From assembly GCF_006345805.1 (NCBI RefSeq), contig NC_043017.1, positions 26,474,001-26,538,000 on the forward strand: a DNA stretch of 64,000 nucleotides, written 5' to 3'. The first letter of the stretch is position 1. The number at the start of each line of letters is the position of its first letter. The notes below the pieces were generated by a model. That model was not told the DNA's origin. It searched no databases and saw nothing but the letters and a program-made list of their open reading frames with translations. Below are positions 11,724 through 24,186 of this stretch, piece by piece. This DNA comes from Octopus sinensis. Lineage: Eukaryota. The translations under genes were made by a program, and so were the position numbers.

Positions 11724-12072
11724 ATATTTCTTTACACTTTGTTGTGAAACATTGTAACATTCGGCCTGGTGTTCAAGAGCCAGTTCTTTTGCTCCCAAAA
11801 GTATGCCCGGAAATGTCGATCTCGGCAGCATTTGAAATCAGTATGTAAAGCCAAACAAATTACCCATGTTTTCGTCTAAACGACATTGATTCTGACAACT
11901 CGCCATAGTGGTGATGAGAATATTAAAGAAATATGCGATAAATAATGGACATGACATTTTCAACATCGTGATTTGGCATTCGAAATGCCGCGTTGATTAA
12001 AAAGAATGAAACAATTTAGAAAATATGGAAAACAATCAAATATATAAAAGAGTCAAGTAGATATGAATTATA

Positions 12073-12465
12073 CTGTGTGGTAGCTTGCTTACCAACCACA
12101 CAGTTCCGGGTTCAGTCCCACTGCGTGGCACCTTGGGCAAGTGTCTTCTACTATAGCCTCGGGCCGACCAAAGCCTTGAGAGTAGATTTGGTAGACGGAA
12201 ACTGAAAGAAGCCCATCGTATATATATATATGTATATATATATATGTGTGTGTGTGTTTGTGTGTCTGTGTTTGTCTCCCCAACGGATGCTGGTGTTTTT
12301 ACGTCCTCGTTACTTAGTTGTTCGGCAAAAGAGACCGATAGGATAAGTAACTGGGCTTACAAAGAATAAGTCCTGGGGGGTCGATTTGCTCGACTTTAAA
12401 AGCCGGTGCTCCAGCATGGCCGCAGTCAAATGACTGAAACAAGTAAAAGAGAAAAGAGAAAGAGA
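12073..12465 (+). mobile_element. SINE family A
   Basis: Family consensus match. Confidence 0.85.
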
Positions 12466-12800
12466 ATACCTTACAACAAATGATGTTCTCAGAATTTTTG
12501 TTTGGTTACTTTCACTGGACAATGTTTTACCGAAAATTTTAAACACGAAATATTGTAATGTTTGCACTTATTACGTTTACTATATTACGTTTACTATATT
12601 TCTTCCCTTTTTTTATATATTCAAGCCTGAAAGGATTTCATGTATTCGTTAATGAGTTTAAATCATACATATCCAACTGTTTGGATAAAACACATAGAAT
12701 TACCACTCAAGAATACAAGTGAGTATATATTTTTTCTGCATACTTTCACCTTGCATGTAACTAACCTATGTAAGCATGACATAAAGACTCTCATATATGT

Positions 12801-13133
12801 GAGGGCGCGTGGCTTAGTGGTTAGGGCATTCGGCTCATGATCGTAAGGTTGTGAGTTCGATTCCCGGCGACGCGTTGTGTCCTTGAGCAAGACACTTTAT
12901 TTCAGGTTGCTCCAGTCCACTCAGCTGGCAAAAATGAGTTGTACTTGTATTTCAAAGGGTCAGCCTTGTCACTCTCTGTGTCACGCTGATTATCACCGAG
13001 AACTACGTTAAGGGTACGCGTGTCTGTGGAATGCTCAGCCATTTGCACGTTAATTTCACGAGCAAGCTGTTCCGTTGATCGTATCAGCTGGGACCCTCAT
13101 CGTCGTAACCGGTGGAGTCTTTTTTTTTTTTTT
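12801..13133 (+). mobile_element. SINE family C, full length, T-rich tail, 14-bp TSD
   Basis: ggcgcgtggcttagtggttagggcattcgg head; actctcatatatgt at 12787-12800 and 13134-13147. Confidence 0.9.
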
Positions 13134-13481
13134 ACTCTCATATATGTAGATGGATGTAATTGCATACTTGTAGCATATGATTACAAGAGGCTGTTATAAA
13201 TAAATATTTTCGAGTTAATTTTGTCATTGTTTAAAATATTATATTACATAATCTAATGTTCATGGAATTCACAAGAAGGAAATAATATTACTGAAATAAT
13301 AATAATGATAATAAACCTATCTGCCATAGGTACAATGCCTGAAATTATGTGTGAAGGGGACTAATCGTATACATCGAGCCCAATATGTCAGTGGTACTTA
13401 ATAAATAGAGCATGAAACGATGATAGGTAGAGTCGACCTCGGCAGAATTTGAACTCAGACGGTAGAGACGGGCGAAATGCT

Positions 13482-13484
<3 letters not shown>

Positions 13485-13555
<71 letters not shown>

Positions 13556-13882
13556 CCCTGATGCAGTACGAGGCAGTGGCTCTCATGGCTTCTGATCTGA
13601 ACTGATTGGAAGTGTTATCATGTATGTTGTTTTGTCTTGGTATAAGAGAAGGGCTACAGCAATTATTCTGTTCAATACCACAGACATATACACACATATA
13701 CATACATATATATATATACGACAGGCTTCTTTCAGTTTCTGTCTACCAAATCCACTCACAAGGCTTTGGTCGGCCCGAGGCTATAGCAGAAGACACTTGC
13801 CCAAGATGCCACGCAATGGGACTGAACCCGGAACCATGTGGTTGGTTAGCAAGCTACTTACCACACAGCCACTCCTGCGCCT
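13485..13882 (-). mobile_element. Chimeric SINE: family A 5' half with a different 3' tail ending in (ATT)n
   Basis: Family A head at 13882-13690, then unrelated sequence, then an (AAT)n tract at ~13485-13553. Confidence 0.7.
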
Positions 13883-14455
13883 ATTTATGGTTTCACAATT
13901 TGAACGACCTTTACAGAATACTGCAACTGATATTACAGCTATTGTTTACAATATCGTATCTGATATCACGACTTCGTGTGATATGCTGTTGCACTCTCAT
14001 TTCTCAGCACTTTTTACTTATTTTGTCCAATTTTACTTATTTTCCATTGAATTGCCTATTGAAAATTGAGTTGTAATATAAATGCTACACCTCATACTAG
14101 TATGATAAAATGCCTGCTACGATTCGCATTTATTACACTCATCACATGTACACATCACAATTCTTCCTGCAACCGTTTTCCGGGAGGTTAACCATTTTCT
14201 GTTGAACTATTTGGAGGGCAATGAAAAGGCGAGTTTTCATTTATAAAACTCGTATTATTTAAGGAGCAATTTGCAGAAAAACTGAAACATGTGTTTTGTG
14301 AACATGTGACTGATTTATAAACCGCCATTTAAAAAATAAATATTAGGTTTTATTACTTATCAGTTAATGGAACGAACACTTTCACAGACCAACGAATAAC
14401 GGTTATGAAGAACAGACTAATCTCTACTCTCTACCTTCTACTCTCTACATTCCAG

Positions 14456-14508
14456 ATTCTGTAATGCTGTGAAGCTGAGTTTCAGGAATCTCCTGACAGA
14501 GACCATTG
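14456..14508 (+). CDS. Candidate exon E8 (53 nt; FCNAVKLSFRNLLTETI, phase 2-1)
   Basis: Long C/T tract ending tccag, TG|gtatgt donor; only one frame open. Confidence 0.45.
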
Positions 14509-14584
14509 GTATGTATATTTGTTTACAAAAAAGAAAATAAGGAAAAAAAGAGAAACTAATTTCAACGTGCGACAATACATACAT

Positions 14585-14615
<31 letters not shown>

Positions 14616-14715
14616 AGTTCAGCAAAAATTTAGATTCAAATGAATATGGTACTTAATTTAGATGCACCAGAATTATGTATGGTGTTATCCATAAAAATCC
14701 GAGGGGTGATTATAA

Positions 14716-15004
14716 TCAAAATAAGCAACAATAATGACTCCGCTAATTTGGTACAATTGTTTCGCACTACATCATAATATTAAATGTTGTAAGTATTACA
14801 ACAGCTTTAAGATGCTGAGTACTCATCAACCAATTATAGAGGTTTTCAATTAATACAATATTTTTCAAATCAAGAGGCAACATTATAGAGAAGGTAGATA
14901 TACTCAGCAGCTTAAATCTGTTGTAATACTTACAACATTTATAAGATGATGTAGTACGAAACGATCGTACCAAATTACCGGGGTCGTTCTTGTTGCTTAT
15001 TTTG

Positions 15005-15005
<1 letters not shown>
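14716..15005. repeat. Fold-back inverted repeat, ~105-bp arms
   Basis: 14716-14821 vs 14901-15005; related to 26323-26420 and 26800-26895. Confidence 0.85.
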
Positions 15006-15076
<71 letters not shown>

Positions 15077-15149
15077 ATATATAGTTATTTATTTGAGTAT
15101 GTGTAACGTAAGTTTAGTAAAAAAAAAACATTGCTTTCATATCAGCGTG

Positions 15150-15670
15150 AACTAGACATCTTTTCAGTTTCTCTAAACAATAACTATTCTCTGCAAAGAA
15201 ATTTGTTTTAAAACACAAGAACGCCGGTGATAGTTCAACAAATACTCCTCTTCAAAGATATGGCCGGGCGAGTTCTCTTCCTTCCCTTGATAGCTAGGTT
15301 TTTCCAACTTGAAGTAAAAAGTTCCGAAAATGTGGACAACTCCACAGGGCTTCTGTAACCTCCTGGATCATGAGAATTATAAGACTTTCTACCACACAAT
15401 TTCTATTGCGACAGGGTCCACAATTTTCAAGTAATCTTCAGTTCTTGTGTTGCGTCATTCGGGGACCCTGAAAGAAGATCTGTGGCTGTCCTGGTAAATT
15501 TCAAATCTGGATACATATCCGACATAAATTTTAATTTGTGTCCCTGTGTTGGTTTTGATATTATTGATATTTGTGCTGCTTCCGTTTGAAGCTACGTTTG
15601 CTTGGTATACTGTAGCCTCGGTGTTACACCGGTCGTCCGCTTGGCATACATATGGAACCAGCGGTTGTTT
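15150..15670 (-). mobile_element. Decayed PLE GIY-YIG endonuclease fragment
   Basis: Minus-strand RCNTEATVYQANV...KIYVG...HRSSFR...IVW with stops. Confidence 0.6.
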
Positions 15671-15770
15671 TCTAATCTTACGTTACAAATACTTAAATAA
15701 ATAACTGCTCTATATTTATTTAACGGAGATACACACACACACACACGCACACACACAACACACACACACA

Positions 15771-15822
<52 letters not shown>

Positions 15823-15823
<1 letters not shown>

Positions 15824-15872
15824 CTATAAGCTCAGGCAGACAAAAGACTCATGAGTGATGGACGGAAAGACG

Positions 15873-15916
<44 letters not shown>

Positions 15917-15931
15917 TAATATATGTATATA

Positions 15932-15965
<34 letters not shown>

Positions 15966-16160
15966 GTATATGTTTGTTTGTATGGTTGTATTTTTCATCC
16001 ACCAGCGCTTGATAACCGATGTCGGTGTGTATACTTTCCCGTCATTTAGTGGTTCAGGAAAAGAGACCGATAGAATAAGTCCTCGGGTCAATTTCTACGA
16101 CTAAAATTGGTGCTGCAGCATGGCCGAAATCAAATGATTGAAACACATAAAAGAATAAAG
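15823..16160 (+). mobile_element. Degenerate SINE family A (5'-eroded)
   Basis: Remnant of the 5' half, (TA)n, and 3' half. Confidence 0.7.
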
Positions 16161-16446
16161 CAATATATATATATATATATATGCATACATATATATGTGT
16201 GTAAGTATATGTATATATGTGCGCATAAATAAGTATATATATATATGTATATATGTATACACAGATACGCATTGTGTCATGTACACACATAAATACTTGA
16301 AATTCTCACGCACACATACACATATTTGCAGAATTGCACGCAAGCAACTCACATATATATTGTTTATCCTCTTGTTTAGCTGCATTTTAAATTAAAATCA
16401 TATACATTAAAGTGTTAGTTTTTCATGTCATATTACTTTATTGCAG

Positions 16447-16496
16447 AAAGACTACCTTGCCACCCTAGAAACTCTTCAAAAGGAAAATGTGGAAAT
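16447..16496 (+). CDS. Weak candidate exon E9 (50 nt)
   Basis: tattactttattgcag acceptor; weak AT|gtgtat donor. Confidence 0.2.
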
Positions 16497-16840
16497 GTGT
16501 ATTTTCTTATGCTGCTCATATGGCCAGTGATTGTCATGGCGAATCATCTTTGAATTCGATAGACGAATTTTTTATATGTCTTCACGAAAAATAACTTCGT
16601 TTTGATATTTTCTTATTATTTAAAGTATCTAATTATATTCAAAATTTCAAGGGACATCCCATTTCAATCCATATATACGTATGTAAATTTTAGATCAAAT
16701 AGCTGATACTACATGTAAATAAAACTCTGTTCAATCGCTGTTCCTATTTTATAATCTCTGTTTTATTTTTAACAACAGTATAGTCGTAGAAACGTGTACA
16801 AACGATATTCATTAACGATGTAAGAGAAATATACGTTCAA

Positions 16841-16982
16841 GCGTAGGTGTGGCTGTGTGGTAATTAGCTTCCGGGTTCAGTCCCACTGCGTGGCACCTTG
16901 GGCGACTGTCTTCTACTATAGCCTCGGACCGACCAATTCCTTGTGAGTGGATTTGTTAGACGGAAACTGAAAGAAGCCTGTC

Positions 16983-17024
<42 letters not shown>

Positions 17025-17241
17025 TTACTTTATTAAAGTAGCAAAAAATTCAACAAAACCTGTTACTCTGAGTTTCCCGTTGCCGTTCATCGGACAATTT
17101 GCAAAAACTGTCCGATGAACGGCAACGGGAAACTCAGAGTAACAGGTTCTGTTGAATTTTCTGGTGCTTTAAATAAAGCATATTACTCTACAACTGGTAT
17201 TTGAGTACTCTTTTTTCCACCTTGTTTCACATTTATGTGTT

Positions 17242-17296
<55 letters not shown>

Positions 17297-17525
17297 GTAG
17301 GTGTGTGTATATGTTTGTGAGTCTGTGTTGTCCCCCTAGCATTGCTTGACAACCGATGCTGGTGTGTTTACGTCCTCGTTACTTAACGGTTCGGCAAAAG
17401 AGACCGATAGAATAAGTACTGGTCTTACAAAGAATAAGTCCCGGGGTCGATTTGCTCGACTAAAGGCGGTGCTCCAGCATGGCCGCAGTCAAATTACTGA
17501 AACAAGTAAAAGAAAAAGAAAGAAA
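16841..17525 (+). mobile_element. SINE family A interrupted in its (TA)n by a PLE palindrome
   Basis: 5' half at 16841-16985 and 3' half at ~17300-17525. Confidence 0.85.
17027..17243. mobile_element. Head-to-head inverted PLE terminal fragments with two mutated HHR motifs
   Basis: Perfect 40-bp inverted repeat 17057-17096/17109-17148; same family as 1175-1320; core reads CCGATGA. Confidence 0.85.
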
Positions 17526-17672
17526 AGAACAAAGATGTTGATATGGAAATATAAAATTGAACTTTCAAATATGCTTAATTAAAATGGCAGAAATAATTCA
17601 AAAGGAATGAGGTAATTACTAAATTCGCCAAAGTTTATATCTGTTAAAATTAACTACTATACGTATGTTTAA

Positions 17673-17969
17673 CTAGCAGTATCTCCCAGCGTTGCTCGGG
17701 TTTGTAAGGGAAATAATTATATAAGCATTTTTAGAGAGATATGGCCAAAAAATAGCAAACAAATGCATTAAAAATGGAAAAAAAAATTATGGTAATTTTT
17801 TTTTTAATCGTAGACTCATCGTAGACGCGCGCTAATACCCAGAAGGGCTCGATATGAATTACGACTATAAGATACCCGGTTTTGGTTAAACTGCACCGCA
17901 AATTGTGGGAGTAGTTAGGAATCGAAATCGTAGGAGACAGACACACAACTTCACTTTTATATATAAAGA
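17673..17969 (-). mobile_element. Non-autonomous Helitron
   Basis: Minus strand TC...hairpin-CTAG at A^T; shares the 3' end with 2748-3131. Confidence 0.7.
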
Positions 17970-18190
17970 TATATGCAGGGTTCTGTTTTTAGACATACCA
18001 AATCAAGCATTACTGATCTCTTGAACAAATGCATGAGGTGATAGAGTGAGTGGAATGCTGATAATTCTAGAAATGATAAAGTATATTGTTAGAACGTTCT
18101 ACTTACTAAATGTTCTAGTAGACGCTGGAAAAAGCAAAATTCCAAACGCATTACGCATTATAGAAGTCAGTGTGCTTAATCATATTGTAG

Positions 18191-18240
18191 GACGTTATTG
18201 TCCCAGAAGACGTTGAAAAACTATGGAAAAAATTGATAAT
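18191..18240 (+). CDS. Weak candidate exon E10 (50 nt; DVIVPEDVEKLWKKLI)
   Basis: catattgtag acceptor, one open frame; weak AT|gtgtta donor. Confidence 0.2.
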
Positions 18241-18319
18241 GTGTTAATTCATAATACAAAATTAAATAAGCGAAGGATTCGTGGACCTAATCATGATTAA
18301 ATAAAATGAAATAATAATA

Positions 18320-18740
18320 GGCGCAGGAGTGGCTGTGTGGTAAGTAGCTTGTTTACCAGCCACATGGTTTCGGGTTCAGTCCCACTGCGTGGCACCTTGG
18401 GCAAGTGTCTTCTACTATAGCCTCGGGCCGACCAAAGCCCTGTGAGTGGATTTGGTAGACGGAAACTGAAAGAAGCCCGTCCAATATATGTATATATATA
18501 TATATATGTATATATGCGTGTGTGTGTTTGTGTGTCTGTGTTTGTCCTCCTAGCATTGCTTGACAACCGATGCTGGCGTGTTTACGTCCCCGTTACTTAG
18601 CGGTTCGGCAAACGAGACCGATAGAATAAGTACTGGGCTTACAAAAGAATAAGACCCGGGGTAGAGTTGCTCGATTAAAGGCGGTGCTCCGGCATGGCCG
18701 CGGTCAAATGACTGAAACAAGTAAAAGAGTAAAAGAGAGT
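18320..18740 (+). mobile_element. SINE family A, full length
   Basis: Family consensus match. Confidence 0.9.
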
Positions 18741-19008
18741 AATATTTTATTTATAACGTATAAGATTGTCTTTTATCAACTTTAGCCATGATGCAAAAGA
18801 AATGCAAACGTATATATGACCCAGAATGCCAGGCACAAGCAAAACATACACAAACACACATATATATGGGTTCGAAATTGTCGCCACTTCAATGGCCAGC
18901 GTGAAATAAAATATTAGAGACATCAATTTATACTAATTTATAATTATGTAAACTGTTATTTCAAACTGACCACTTGATGATATCATTAAAGTAGTACTAA
19001 CCATACTT

Positions 19009-19266
19009 TTTCGATTCCCAGACCAGGGCGTTGTGAGTGTTTATTGAGCGAAAACACCTTAAAAGCTCCACGAGGCTCCGGCAGGATGGGGTGGCGATCC
19101 CTGCTGTACTCTTTCGCCACATTTTTCTCTCACACTTTCTTCTGTTGGCCTGCTCGCTTAGCTAGCGGGGTGGCGTACTTTGAAGGCTAAAACAATGCGA
19201 AGCGCATTGTGACCAGCGATGCGTAGCACATCTGAGAGCCTGATCGGTCACGGTGATCACGGTGAT
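19009..19266 (+). mobile_element. SINE with a family D body and a family E tail
   Basis: D sequence to ~19140, then ggcctgctcgcttagc...tgtgaccagcgatg...gtgat, which also occurs inverted at 35373-35468. Confidence 0.75.
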
Positions 19267-19273
19267 ATATATA

Positions 19274-19356
<83 letters not shown>

Positions 19357-19396
19357 TATAATATAATATATATGTATTATATTATATAATATATAT

Positions 19397-19448
<52 letters not shown>

Positions 19449-19774
19449 TATATATGTATATGTATATTATAAATATATATAATATTTATATATATATTGC
19501 TCGTGATCAGATTGCAGTGGCTTTTGTTGTTATAAAATCACACGGTGAAGATGGAAAACAATCAAATTTCATTAGTGTGCACATGTACATTGATATATAT
19601 AATCGTGCAGATATATGTTGTTCGTATGGTTATTATATATATTTGCATTTATATACTTTGGCAAACAGTACTAAAGACGGCAATAGGTTTTACAACCCTG
19701 AGCCAGAAATCGATCTACGATTAACTATATTTCATTGAAAAATATTCTTCTTCATTTTTCCTCTGCCCGCTTAG

Positions 19775-19971
19775 CGTTCGCGTGGCTGTATTTTAAGAAA
19801 TTTCTTCCTCAAGCATATCGTTCCGCGTTCAACCCCACAGCGTGGCACCTTGGGGACGACTGTCTTCTTCTATACGTTTAGGTGACTAAATTCTTGTCGG
19901 AAACTGAACGAAACCTGTCGCATGTATTATATACATATATAGATAGATAGAGATAGATAGAGATAGATAGG

Positions 19972-20036
<65 letters not shown>

Positions 20037-20055
20037 TGTGTATTTATATATATAT

Positions 20056-20109
<54 letters not shown>

Positions 20110-20335
20110 TGTATATATATATATTTGTATATGTAAGTGTTTCTCACCGCACTATCGCTTGATAAACGATGTTGGTTTGTTTCCGTTCCTGAAACAGCAG
20201 TTCGGCAAAAGAGACCTATAAAATAACTACTAAGGTCACAAATAATAAGTTTCGGAGTCGCTTTGATCGACTAAACTGGTGCTCCAGCATCGCCGCAGTC
20301 AAGTGACTGAAACAAGTAAAAGTGTATAAAAGAAT
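19775..20335 (+). mobile_element. Old SINE family A with (TAGA)n/(TA)n in the centre
   Basis: Degenerate head and 3' half flanking the microsatellites. Confidence 0.7.
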
Positions 20336-20639
20336 AAAATACTATATATGTACACTGACTGACTAAACATATCTTAAAAATAAAACGCACACATGTCAAC
20401 ATAGATAGATAGATAGATAGATAGGCATATATATAGGTAGCTAGATAGTAAGATAGGTAGCTAGGTAGATAGATATGTACGTGTATAGAAGTATCATATT
20501 ATATATATGCAATTGAAATGTACCTATCAATGCACAAAGAAATAGAAATGAGATTAAATAAAGAAAAATAAGATCAGTGAAGATTGACAAAAAGATATTT
20601 CAGTGCAATTTAAGTATCTGTTTCATCGTCATAATATAA

Positions 20640-20845
20640 TTTGGTTTTTGGAAAATCCAGCTAATCATTGGGAAAAATGTTATTCTTGTCACGGTATAGG
20701 TACGTAAATACTAGCACACTGCGCGTATGAACGTATAGGTACGTAAATACTAGCACACCAGCGCGTATGAATGCCAATGCTTGCTTCCTAATCCTATGTT
20801 TACCACGGCAGTCCCTTTGCGTAGCACCTGGAAAATGTTTCTCCA
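20640..20845 (+). repeat. Local segmental duplication, copy 1 (exon-like 20661-20699 plus an old SINE A head)
   Basis: Second copy at ~21870-21910 and 22191-22330; internal 39-bp tandem at 20694/20733. Confidence 0.75.
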
Positions 20846-21378
20846 ATATAGACTCGGGCCGACCCAAGCCTTCTGAGGGGATTTAGAGGCGGAAGTTGAA
20901 TGACGCCCGTCGTATCCATACAAACTTATATATACACACATGTCTTTAAGAAGGATACAAAGTCGCTTGATCTGGACGTTCTGAGGTCGCAACTGATTAC
21001 CCACACCCAACACAAATGCTGAGAAAGGGGATGAAGCGATCCATGGCCCCTCGAGACCGACAGGCCTACACTAAAATTGATTTTCCCACCACTGCTTCAC
21101 TACAGGTGTTGTTTTTGTTTACGTCCACGTAACATAGCGGTTCAACAAAACAACCCGATAGAATAATTACTAGACTTTAAAATATTAACAGATGAGTTTT
21201 TCCATTGGGCTACAACTTTTGCATTACGCCGACAAAGAATGCTCGTTGTTGTGGAAGGCCATCTAAGCATTGGAAAGTTTCAGGCATTATACTCTTGTCT
21301 GGTTCATTGTCATAGGACCCAAACACAAACGCACGTATAAATTGAAATGAATTGATTGTGATATATAGTCCTATGTGT

Positions 21379-21700
21379 GAAGGCGCGTGACTTAGTGGTT
21401 AGGGCATTCGACTGACGATTGTAAGGTCGTGAGTTCAATTCCCGGTGATGCGTTGTGTCCTTGATCAAGACACTTTATTTAACGTTGCTCCAGTCCACTC
21501 AGCTGGCAAAAATGAGTTGTACCTGTATTTCAAAGGGCCGGCCTTGTCACACTCTGTGTCACGTTGAATCTCCCTGAGAACTACGTTAAGGGTACTCGTG
21601 TCTGTGGATTGCTCAGTCACTTGCACGTTAATTCCACGAACAAGCTGTTCCGTTGATCGTATCAGCTGGGACCCTCGTCGTTGTAACCGACGGAGTGCTC
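21379..21700 (+). mobile_element. SINE family C, full length, ~16-bp TSD
   Basis: atatata(g/c)tcctatgt at 21361-21376 and 21703-21718. Confidence 0.9.
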
Positions 21701-21910
21701 CTATATATACTCCTATGTACATACGAAACTACATACATCGAAAATGTAGAAAACCTTAATGCTTTTAATACCATAACACTCAAATTTCTATATGTATATA
21801 TGAGCGTGTTTACTTGTACAAGCAATTGTACTCATATTTATTCGGAGTAAAATGAAGAAAAAGAGGTCGGTTTGGTTTTCGCAAAATCCAGCTAGTCATT
21901 GGGAAAAATG

Positions 21911-22179
21911 GGGGGAGCATTCCGTCGGTTACGAGGACGAGGGTCCCAGCTGATACGCTCAACGGAACAGTCTGCTCGTGAAATTATCGTGCAAGTGGCT
22001 GAGCAATCCACAGACAAGCGTACCACTAACGTAGTTCTCAGGGAGATTCAGCGTGACACAAAGTGTGACAAAGCTGGCCCTTTGAAATGCTCAAGGATAC
22101 AACGCGTCGCCGGGAATCGATCTCACGACCTTACAATTCGTGATCCGAATGCCCTAACCACTAAGCCACGCGTCTTCAC
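21911..22179 (-). mobile_element. SINE family C, internally deleted, 11-bp TSD
   Basis: tgggaaaaatg at 21900-21910 and 22180-22190. Confidence 0.9.
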
Positions 22180-22397
22180 TGGGAAAAATGAACATTTTAT
22201 TGATGCCAAGGTATAGGTACGTTTATATTAGCATACAAAAGCACCCGCGCGTATGAATGCCAATGCTTGCTTCCTCATCACATGTTTGCTACAGTAACCC
22301 CTTTGCGTGGCCCCTGGTAAATGTTTTCCAGGATCGACTCTGTTTATCGGTTGACTTAACCCATTCTGTGTTCTCGCTAAAATATGTATACAAAGTA

Positions 22398-22745
22398 ATT
22401 TGACTGTGGCCAGGATGGAGCACCGCCGTTTTAGTCGAGCAAATCGACCCCGGGACTTATTCTATCGGGCTCTTTTGTCGAACTGCTACGTTACGGGGGC
22501 GGAAACACACCAGCATTGGTTGTGAAGCGATGTTGGAGGGACAAACACAGTCACAAACATACACATATGCATATATATATATATGCATGTATACGACGGG
22601 CTTCTTTCAGTTTCACTTTGCCAAATCCATTCACAAGGCTTTGGTCGGCCCGAGGCTATAGCAGAAGACACTTGCCCAAGGTTCCACGCAGTGGGACTGA
22701 CCCGGAACCATGTGGTTCGTAAGCAAGCTACTTACCACACAGCCA
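22398..22745 (-). mobile_element. SINE family A
   Basis: Reverse-complement consensus match. Confidence 0.85.
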
Positions 22746-22785
22746 TACAAATCTTGTATTGTTGTCGCTATTCTGAACAGGGCTA

Positions 22786-23338
22786 GGGCGAAATGCTTGG
22801 CGGTATTTCGTCTGCGTTACTTGTGAGTTCAAGTTCCGCCGAGGTCGATTTTGCCTTTCATCCTTTCGGGTTCGATAAATTAAGAACCAGTTACGCACTG
22901 GGGTCGATGTAATCGACTTAATACCTATGTCTGTCCTTGTTTGTCCCCTCTGTGTTTAGCCCCTTGTGGGTAATAAAGAAATAGGTATTTCGTCTGGCTT
23001 TACGTTCTGAGTTCAAATTCCGACGTGGTCGACTTTGACTTTCATCCTTTTGGGGTCGATAAATTAAGAACCAGTTACGCACTGGGGTCGATATAATCGA
23101 CTTAATACCTATGTCTGTCCTTGTTTGTCCCCTCTGTGTTTAGCCCCTTGTGGGTAATAAAGAAATAGGTATTTCGTCTGGCTTTACGTTCTGAGTTCAA
23201 ATTCCGACGTGGTCGACTTTGACTTTCATGCCTTCGTGTTCGATAAATTCAGTAACAGTTGCGTACTGGGGAATACCTAATCGACTTAATCCCCTCCCTT
23301 CCAAATTCAGGCCTTGTGGCTAGTTTAGAAAAATAATT
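22786..23338 (+). mobile_element. SINE family B three-unit tandem array
   Basis: GGTATTT junctions at 22802, 22984 and 23168; the last unit has the alternative tail. Confidence 0.9.
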
Positions 23339-23468
23339 CTGAACCGGCTACAAGTGTGGACGCCCTACTACTCACATATAAAGAAACATGAGTCATTTCA
23401 CTAGTGCTGCCTGCGCAATGTATGCTACGTCAGAGGTCAAGTTAAGATATCAAGTGACAATCTTTCAG

Positions 23469-23495
23469 GCAATTGAGTTATCTCCAGTATCAAAA
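23469..23495 (+). CDS. Candidate micro-exon E11 (27 nt)
   Basis: aatctttcag acceptor, AA|gtatgt donor; phase 2 QLSYLQYQ, phase 0 AIELSPVSK. Confidence 0.35.
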
Positions 23496-23662
23496 GTATG
23501 TTAGCGAACAGCTAATGCAGAACCAGGATATGCTGTTGGAATGCATGGGTAACACATTCCCAAATCATTCTTTTGTAAGGAATTCCAGCGTAGAGAAAGT
23601 CCCAGCAATAGACTGAATAAATCACTAAAACTCGTGCAGGTCAAGTTAACATTTTGTGAATG

Positions 23663-23911
23663 GGCGTAGGAGTGGTTGTGTGGTATGTAGCTTGCTTACC
23701 AACCATATGTTTCCGGGTTCATTCCCACTGCGTGTCACCTTGAGCAAGTGTCTTCTGCTATATACAGGGCCGACCAAAGCCTTATGAGTGGATTTAGTAC
23801 ACGGAAACTGAAAGAAGCCAGTCGTATATAATGTATATATATATATGTGTGTGTGTGTATGCCTGTGTATATGTATATGTATACATATATATATGTGTGT
23901 CTGTGTATGTG

Positions 23912-23973
<62 letters not shown>

Positions 23974-24186
23974 GTGTGTTTGTGTTTGTCCCCCCACCAA
24001 CATCGCTTGACAACCGATGCTGGTGTGTTTACGTCCCCGTAACTTAGTGGTTCGGCAAACTAGACCGATAGAATACGTACTAGGCTTACAAGAAATACGT
24101 CTTGGAGTCGATTTGCTCGGCTAAAGGCGGTGCTCCAGCATGGCTGCAGTCAAATGACTGAAACAAGTAAAAGAGTAAAAGAGAGT
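23663..24186 (+). mobile_element. SINE family A with a long central (TA)/(TG) tract
   Basis: Family consensus match. Confidence 0.9.

Noticed and set aside
12801-12870. tRNA-like sequences at SINE heads
   Set aside because: A/B-box-like motifs run straight into SINE bodies with TSDs; no complete cloverleaf
20661-20699. Assigning a DnaJ/SSUH2-type gene from CYSCHGIG
   Set aside because: Single motif, ambiguous phase, and it does not join the neighbouring candidate exons in frame
22786-23338. CRISPR-like periodicity
   Set aside because: Eukaryotic context, 184-bp units with no unique spacers, and homologous to a dispersed SINE
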